Assembly: GCA_964016885.1 (NCBI GenBank)
Contig: OZ024740.1
Location: forward strand, 416,702,001-416,766,000
Length of the DNA stretch: 64,000 nt
Origin: Eledone cirrhosa
Taxonomy: Eukaryota
Reading direction: 5' to 3'
The notes beneath the pieces are model-generated. The model made no database searches and was not told the origin of the DNA. It saw only the letters and a program-made list of their open reading frames with translations. This document shows, in pieces, positions 56,144-64,000 of the stretch; position 1 is the first letter of the stretch, and each line of letters opens with the position of its first letter. Made by a program: the position numbers and the translations under genes.

Positions 56144-59100
56144 TTTACTGTAAGTCTACCTTCTCTTCTAGACAGTTTTCATGAGCCTATATTGGAGTTA
56201 TATTTACTGTAAGTCTACCTTCTCTCCTATACAGTTCTCATGAGCCTATATTGGAGTTATATTTACTGGAAGTCTACCTTCTCTTCTAGACAGTTTTCAT
56301 GAGCCTATATTGGAGTTATATTTACTGGAAGTCTACCTTCTCTCCTAGACAGTTGTCTTGAGCCTATATTGGAGTTATATTTACTGTAAGTCTACCTTCT
56401 CTTCTAGACAGTTGTCATGAGCCGATATTGGAGTTATATTTACTGGAAGTCTACCTTCTCTTCTAGACAGTTGTCATGAGCCTATATTGGAGTTATATTT
56501 ACTGGAAGTCTACCGTCTCTCCTAGACAGTTGTCATGAGCCTATGTTGGTGTTATATTTACTGTAAGTCTACCTTCTCTTCTAGACAGTTGTCATGAGCC
56601 TATATTGGAGTTATATTTACTGGAAGTCTACCTTCTCTTCTAGACAGTTGTCATGAGCCTATGTTGGGGTTATATTTGCTGTAAGTCTACCTTCTCTCCT
56701 AGACAGTTGTCATGAGCCTATGTTGGGGTTATATTTACTGTAAGTCTACCTTCTCTCCTAGACAGTTGTCATGAGCCTATATTGGGGGTTATATTTACTG
56801 GAAGTCTTCCTTCTCTCCTAGACAGTTGTCATGAGCCTATATTGGGGGTTATATTTACTGTAAGTCTACCTTCTCTTCTAGACAGTTGTCATGAGCCTAT
56901 ATTGGAGTTATATTTACTGGAAGTCTACCTTCTCTTCTAGACAGTTGTTGTGAGCCTATGTTGGTGTTATATTTACTGTAAGTCTACCTTCTCTCCTAGA
57001 CAGTTGTCATGAGCCTATATTGGAGTTATATTTACTGGAAGTCTACCTTCTCTCCTAGACAGTTGTCATGAGCCTATATTGGAGTTATATTTACTGTAAG
57101 TCTACCTTCTCTTCTAGACAGTTGTCATGAGCCTATATTGGAGTTATATTTACTGGAAGTCTACCTTCTCTTCTAGACAGTTTTCATGAGCCTATATTGC
57201 AATTATATTTACTGGAAGTCTACCTTCTCTCCTAGACAGTTGTCATGAGCCTATATTGGGGTTTATATTTACTGTAATCTACCTTCTCTTTTAGACAGTT
57301 GTCATGAGCCTATATTGGAGTCATATTTACTGTAAGTCTACCTTCTCTTCGAGACAGTTGTCATGAGCCTATATTGGAGTTATATTTACTGTACGTCTAC
57401 CTTTTCTTCTAGACAGTTTTCATGAGCCTATATTGGAGTTATATTTACTGGAAGTCTACCTTCTCTTCTAGACAGTTGTCATGAGCCTATATTGGAGTTA
57501 TATTTACTGTATGTCTACCTTCTCTCCTATACAGTTGTCGTGACCCTATATTGGAGTTATATTTACTGGAAGTCTACCTTCAATTCTAGACAGTTGTCAT
57601 GAGCCTATATTGGAGTTATATTTACTGGAAGTCTACCTTCTCTCCTAGACAGTTGTCATGTGCCTATATTGGAGTTATATTTACTGTAAGGCTACCTTCT
57701 CTTCTAGACAGTTGTCATGAGCCTATATTCGAGTTATATTTACTGGAAGTCTACCTTCTCTCTAAGACCGTTGTCATGAGCCTATATTGGGGGTTATATT
57801 TACTGTAAGTCTACCTTCTCTTCTAGACAGTTATTGTGAGCCTATGTTGGTGTTATATTTACTGGAAGTCTACCTTCTCTTCTAGACAGTTGTCATGAGC
57901 CTATATTCGAGTTATATTTACTGGAAGTCTACCTTCTCTCCTAGACAGTTGTCATGAGCCTATATTGGAGTTATATTTACTGTAAGTCTACCTTCTCTTC
58001 TAGACAGTTGTCATGAGCCTATATTGGAGTTATATTTACTGGAAGTCTACCTTCTCTCCTAGACAGTTGTCATGAGCCTATGTTGGTGTTATATTTACTG
58101 GAAGTCTACCTTCTCTCCTAGACAGTTTTCATGAGCCTATATTGGAGTTATATTTACTAGAAGTCTACCTTCTCTTCTAGACAGTTTTCATGAGCCTATA
58201 TTGGAGTTATATTCACTGCAAGTCTACCGTCTATCCTAGACAGTTGTCATGAGCCTATGTTGGTGTTATATTTACTGGAAGTCTACCTTCTCTCCTAGAC
58301 AGTTGTCATGAGCCTATATTGGAGTTATATTTACTGTAAGTCTACCTTCTCTTCTAGACAGTTGTCATGAGCCTATATTGCAGTTATATTTACTGGAAGT
58401 CTACCTTCTCTCCTAGACAGTTGTCATGAGCCTATATTGGAGTTATATTTACTGTAAGTCTACCTTCTTTTCTAGACAGTTGTCATGAGCCTATATTGGA
58501 GTTATATTTACTGGAAGTCTACCTTCTCTTCTAGACAGTTGTCATGAGCCTATATTGGAGTTATATTTACTGTAAGTCTACCTTCTCTCCTATACAGTTC
58601 TCATGAGCCTATATTGGAGTTATATTTACTGGAAGTCTACCTTCTCTTCTAGACAGTTGTCATGAGCCTATATTGGAGTTATATTTACTGGAAGTCTACC
58701 TTCTCTCCTAGACAGTTGTCATGAGCCTATATTGGAGTTATATTTACTGTAAGTCTACCTTCTCTTCTAGACAGTTGTCATGAGCCTATATTGGAGTTAT
58801 ATTTACTGGAAGTCTACCTTCTCTTCTAGACAGTTGTCATGAGCCTATATTGGAGTTATATTTACTGGAAGTCTACCGTCTCTCCTAGACAGTTGTCATG
58901 AGCCTATGTTGGTGTTATATTTACTGTAAGTCTACCTTCTCTTCTAGACAGTTGTCATGAGCCTATATTGGAGTTATATTTACTGGAAGTCTACCTTCTC
59001 TTCTAGACAGTTGTCATGAGCCTATGTTGGGGTTATATTTACTGTAAGTCTACCTTCTCTCCTAGACAGTTGTCATGAGCCTATTTTGGGGTTATATTTA

Positions 59101-62100
59101 CTGGAAGTCTACCTTCTCTCCTAGATAGTTGTCATGAGCCTATATTGGAGTTATATTTACTGGAAGTCTACCTTCTCTTCTAGACAGTTGTCATGAGCCT
59201 ATATTGGAGTTATATTTACTGTAAGTCTACCTTCTCTTCTAGACAGTTGTCATGAGCCTATATTGGAGTTATATTTACTGGAAGTCTACCTTCTCTTCTA
59301 GACAGTTGTCATGAGCCTATATTGCAGTTATATTTACTGGAAGTCTACCTTCTCTCCTAGACAGTTGTCATGAGCCTATATTGGGGGTTATATTTACTGT
59401 AAGTCTACCTTCTCTTCTAGACAGTTGTCATGAGCCTATATTGGAGTCATATTTACTGTAAGTCTACCTTCTCTTCCAGACAGTTGTCATGAGCCTATAT
59501 TGGAGTTATATTTACTGTACGTCTACCTTTACTTCTAGCAAGTTTTCATGAGCCTATATTGGAGTTATATTTACTGGAAGTCTACCTTCTCTTCTAGACA
59601 GTTGTCATGAGCCTATATTGGAGTTATATTTACTGTATGTCTACCTTCTCTCCTATACAGTTGTCATGACCCTATATTGGAGTTATATTTACTGGAAGTC
59701 TACCTTCAATTCTAGACAGTTGTCATGAGCCTATATTGGAGTTATATTTACTGGAAGTCTACATTCTCTCCTAGACAGTTGTCATGTGCCTATATTGGAG
59801 TTATATTTACTGTAAGGCTACCTTCTCTTCTAGACAGTTGTCATGAGCCTATATTCCAGTTATATTTACTGGAAGTCTACCTTCTCTCCTAGACCGTTGT
59901 CATGAGCCTATATTGGGGGTTATATTTACTGTAAGTCTACCTTCTCTTCTAGACAGTTGTTGTGAGCCTATGTTGGTGTTATATTTACTGGAAGTCTACC
60001 TTCTCTTCTAGACAGTTGTCATGAGCCTATATTGGAGTTATATTTACTGGAAGTCTACCTTCTCTCCTAGACAGTTGTCATGAGCCTATATTGGAGTTAT
60101 ATTTACTGTAAGTCTACCTTCTCTTCTAGACAGTTGTCATGAGCCTATATTGGAGTTATATTTACTGGAAGTCTACCTTCTCTTCTAGACAGTTGTCATG
60201 AGCCTATATTGGAGTTATATTTACTGGAAGTCTACCTTCTCTCCTAGACAGTTGTCATGAGCCTATATTGGAGTTATATTTACTGGAAGTCTACCTTCTC
60301 TTCTAGACAGTTGTCATGCGCCTATATTGGAGTTATATTTACTGTAAGTCTACCTTCTCTTCTAGACAGTTGTCATGAGCCTATATTGGAGTTATATTTA
60401 CTGGAAGTCTACCTTCTCTCCTAGACAGTTGTCATGAGCCTATATTGGAGTTATATTTACTGTAAGTCTACCTTCTCTTCTAGACAGTTGTCATGAGCCT
60501 ATATTGGAGTTATATTTACTGGAAGTCTACCTTCTCCCCTAGACAGTTTTCATGAGCCTATATTGGAGTTATATTTACTGGAAGTCTACCTTCTCTTCTA
60601 GACAGTTGTCATGAGCCTATATTGGAGTTATATTTACTGGAAGTCTACCTTCTCTCCTAGACAGTTGTCATGAGCCTATATTGGAGTTATATTTACTGGA
60701 AGTCTACCTTCTCTTCTAGACAGTTGTTGTGAGCCTATGTTGGTGTTATATTTACTGTAAGTCTACCTTCTCTCCTAGACAGTTGTCATGAGCCTATATT
60801 GGAGTTATATTTACTGGAAGTCTACCTTCTCTTCTAGACAGTTGTCATGAGCCTATATTGGAGTTATATTTACTGTAAGTCTACCTTCTCTTCTAGACAG
60901 TTGTCATGAGCCTATATTGGAGTTATATTTACTGGAAGTCTACCTTCTCTTCTAGACAGTTGTCATGAGCCTATATTGCAATTATATTTACTGGAAGTCT
61001 ACCTTCTCTCCTAGACAGTTGTCATGAGCCTATATTGGGGGTTATATTTACTGTAAGTCTACCTTCTCTTCTAGACAGTTGTCATGAGCCTATATTGGAG
61101 TCATATTTACTGTAAGTCTACCTTCTCTTCTAGACAGTTGTCATGAGCCTATATTGGAGTTATATTTACTGGAAGTCTACCTTCAATTCTAGACATTTGT
61201 CATGAGCCTATATTCGAGTTATATTTACTGGAAGTCTACCTTCTCTCCTAGACCGTTGTCATGAGCCTATATTGGGGTTTATATTTACTGTAAGTCTACC
61301 TTCTCTTCTAGACAGTTGTTGTGAGCCTATGTTGGTGTTATATTTACTGGAAGTCTACCTTCTCTTCTAGACAGTTGTCATGAGCCTATATTGGAGTTAT
61401 ATTTCCTGGAAGTCTACCTTCTCTCCTAGACAGTTGTCATGAGCCTATATTGGAGTTATATTTACTGTAAGTCTACCTTCTCTTCTAGACAGTTGTCATG
61501 AGCCTATATTGGAGTTATATTTACTGGAAGTCTACCTTCTCTTTTAGACAGTTGTCATGAGCCTATATTGGAGTTATATTTACTGGAAGTCTACCTTGTC
61601 TCCTAGACAGTTGTCATGAGCCTATATTGGAGTTATATTTACTGGAAGTCTACCTTCTCTTCTAGACAGTTGTCATGCGCCTATATTGGAGTTATATTTA
61701 CTGTAAGTCTACCTTCTCTTCTAGACAGTTGTCATGAGCCTATATTGGAGTTATATTTACTGGAAGTCTACCTTCTCTCCTAGACAGTTGTCATGAGCCT
61801 ATATTGGAGTTATATTTACTGGAAGTCTACCTTCTCTTCTAGACAGTTGTCATGAGCCCATATTGGAGTTATATTTACTGTAAGTCTACCTTCTCTTCTA
61901 GACAGTTGTCATGAGCCTATATTGGAGTTATATTTACTGGAAGTCTACCTTCTCTCCTAGACAGTTTTCATGAGCCTATATTGGAGTTATATTTACTGTA
62001 AGTCTACCTTCTCTTCTAGACAGTTGTCATGCGCCTATATTGGAGTTATATTTACTGGAAGTATACCTTCTCTTCTAGACAGTTGTCATGAGCCTATATT

Positions 62101-64000
62101 CGAGTTATATTTACTGGAAGTCTACCTTCTCTCCTAGACAGTTGTCATGAGCCTATGTTGGTGTTATATTTACTGGAAGTCTACCTTCTCTCCTAGACAG
62201 TTGTCATGAGCCTATATTGGAGTTATATTTACTAGAAGTCTACCTTCTCTTCTAGACAGTTGTCATGAGCCTATATTGGAGTTATATTCACTGGAAGTCT
62301 ACCGTCTCTCCTAGACAGTTGTCATGAGCCTATGTTGGTGTTATATTTACTGGAAGTCTACCTTCTCTCCTAGACAGTTGTCATGAGCCTATATTGGAGT
62401 TATATTTACTGTAAGTCTACCTTCTCTTCTAGACAGTTGTCATGAGCCTATATTGGAGTTATATTTACTGGAAGTCTACCTTCTCTCCTAGACAGTTGTC
62501 ATGAGCCTATATTGGAGTTATATTTACTGTAAGTCTACCTTCTTTTCTAGACAGTTGTCATGAGCCTATATTGGAGTTATATTTACTGGAAGTCTACCTT
62601 CTCTTCTAGACAGTTGTCATGAGCCTATATTGGAGTTATATTTACTGTAAGTCTACCTTCTCTCCTATACAGTTCTCATGAGCCTATATTGGAGTTATAT
62701 TTACTGGAAGTCTACCTTCTCTTCTAGACAGTTGTCATGAGCCTATATTGGAGTTATATTTACTGGAAGTCTACCTTCTCTCCTAGACAGTTGTCATGAG
62801 CCTATATTGGAGTTATATTTACTGTAAGTCTACCTTCTCTTCTAGACAGTTGTCATGAGCCTATATTGGAGTTATATTTACTGGAAATCTACCTTCTCTT
62901 CTAGACAGTTGTCATGAGCCTATATTGGAGTTATATTTACTGGAAGTCTACCGTCTCTCCTAGACAGTTGTCATGAGCCTATATTGGAGTTATATTTACT
63001 GGAAGTCTACCTTCTCTTCTAGACAGTTGTCATGAGCCTATATTGGAGTTATATTTACTGGAAGTCTACCTTCTCTTCTAGACAGTTGTCATGAGCCTAT
63101 ATTGGAGTTATATTTACTGGAAGTCTACCTTCTCTTATAGACAGTTGTCATGAGCCTATATTGGAGTTCTATTTACTGTAAGTCTACCTTCTCTCCTAGA
63201 CAGTTGTCATGAGCCTATATTGGAGTTATATTTACTGTAAGTCTACCTTCTCTCCTAGACAGTTGTCATGACCCTATATTGGAGTTATATTTACTGTAAG
63301 TCTACCTTCTCTCCTAGACAGTTGTCATGAGCCTATATTGGAGTTATATTTACTGGAAGTCTACCTTCTCTGCTAGACAGTTGTCATGAGCCTATATTGG
63401 AGTTATATTTACTGTAAGTCTACCTTCTCTTCTAGACAGTTTTCATGAGCCTATGTTGGGGTTATATTTATTGGAAGTCTACCTTCTCTTCTAGACAGTT
63501 GTCATGAGCCTATGTTGAGGTTTATATTTACTGAAGATCTACCTTCTCTTCTAGACAGTTGTCATGAGCATATGTTGGGGGTTATATTTACTGGAAGTCT
63601 ACCTTCTCTTCTAGACAGTTGTCATGAGCCTATGTTGATGTTATATTTACTGGAAGTCTACCTTCTCTTCTAGACAGTTGTCATGAGCCTATGTTGGAGT
63701 TATATTTACTGGAAGTCTACCTTCTCTCCTAGACAGTTTTCATGAGCCTATATTGGAGTTATATTTACTGTAAGTCTACCTTCTCTCCTAGACAGTTGTC
63801 ATGAGCCTATATTGGTGGTTATATTTACTGGAAGTCTACCTTCTCTCCTAGACAGTTGTCATGAGCCTATATTGGAGTTATATTTACTGGAAGTCTACCT
63901 TCTCTTCTAGACAGTTGTCATGAGCCTATATTGGAGTTATATTTACTGTAAGTCTACCTTCTCTTCTAGACAGTTGTCATGAGCCTATATTGGAGTTATA
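56144..64000. repeat. Second copy of about 41090-49064 (offset 15054 bp = 255 monomers; 14936 after a 2-monomer deletion near 61190); runs off the window end
   Basis: Identical ORFs start at 42545 and 57599. Shared private variants include ggggtttat...gtaatct, cttcgagac, gtcgtgacc, ctctaagacc, agttattgtg, cactgcaag...ctatcctag, tacattctc, attccagtt and ctcccctag. AGATCT lies at 48599 and 63535. Confidence 0.92.

Larger units (their letters stand above)
1..64000. repeat. Tandem satellite DNA array, 59-bp monomer, about 1,080 head-to-tail copies, extending beyond both window ends
   Basis: Bases 1-59 (acagttgtcatgagcctatattggagttatatttactgtaagtctaccttctcttctag) repeat immediately at 60, 119, 178 and onward, to a final partial unit starting at 63970. 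In 60-column lines the pattern shifts by one base per line, which gives a period of 59. Most units differ from consensus at only a few positions. Position 39 (T/G) and position 55 (T/C) are dimorphic. 60-bp units (attgggggtt) are common, while 57- and 58-bp units are rare. No unique sequence was seen. Confidence 0.99.

Noticed and set aside
1547-57808. Nine short + strand ORFs (69-114 aa, for example MSLYWSYIY...)
   Set aside because: They are translations of the 59-bp repeat cycling through three frames, where a variant happens to remove a stop. Identical ORFs simply mark duplicated blocks. There is no domain, gene context or independent coding signal.
1-64000. CRISPR array
   Set aside because: There are no unique spacers because the entire 59-bp unit is repeated, and no cas genes or leader are present.
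1-64000. Repeat-encoded giant protein or programmed-frameshift gene
   Set aside because: 59 is not a multiple of 3 and the monomer contains TGA and TAG (plus TAA in T39 units), so every frame closes within a few units. The ORF track lists nothing on the minus strand.
1-64000. Tandem tRNA, 5S, snRNA or spliced-leader gene array, or telomeric repeat
   Set aside because: The unit is too short and has no recognisable cloverleaf, Pol III boxes, known RNA sequence or G-rich telomere motif.
1-64000. Transposon insertion, strand inversion, or Helitron/MITE-internal repeat
   Set aside because: No non-satellite sequence, terminal repeats or reverse-orientation monomers were seen. A transposon origin of the monomer cannot be assessed without the array flanks.
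1-64000. Information-bearing code or diversity-generating cassette system in the variant pattern
   Set aside because: The variant order is adequately explained by nested duplications and deletions of an ancestral HOR. No recombinase, reverse transcriptase or expression locus is present in the window.

Overview
The whole 64 kb window is one uninterrupted, head-to-tail, single-orientation satellite DNA array of about 1,080 copies of a 59-bp monomer (consensus ACAGTTGTCATGAGCCTATATTGGAGTTATATTTACTG[T/G]AAGTCTACCTTCTCT[T/C]CTAG; about 36-39% GC, no CpG, T-rich on the + strand). It runs off both window ends. I found no genes, RNA genes, transposon insertions, inversions or CRISPR spacers, and the listed ORFs are chance stop-free runs through the repeat. 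The informative structure is in the monomer variants. Rare variants recur in a fixed order, defining an irregular higher-order repeat of roughly 35-60 monomers. On top of this lie nested recent block duplications (offsets 2540, 2066/2007, 3369, 4610/4551, 3074, 3721/3780, 4369, 765 and 15054/14936 bp, all close to whole numbers of monomers), in-register monomer deletions, position-restricted variant layers, and a more diverged monomer island present three times. The monomer also carries a branch-point-like motif, GTAAGT, a pyrimidine tract and TAG in splice-signal order, plus an imperfect dyad; any function for these is speculative. The source is probably eukaryotic heterochromatin, but I cannot identify the organism or satellite family. 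All comparisons were made by eye and block boundaries are approximate.
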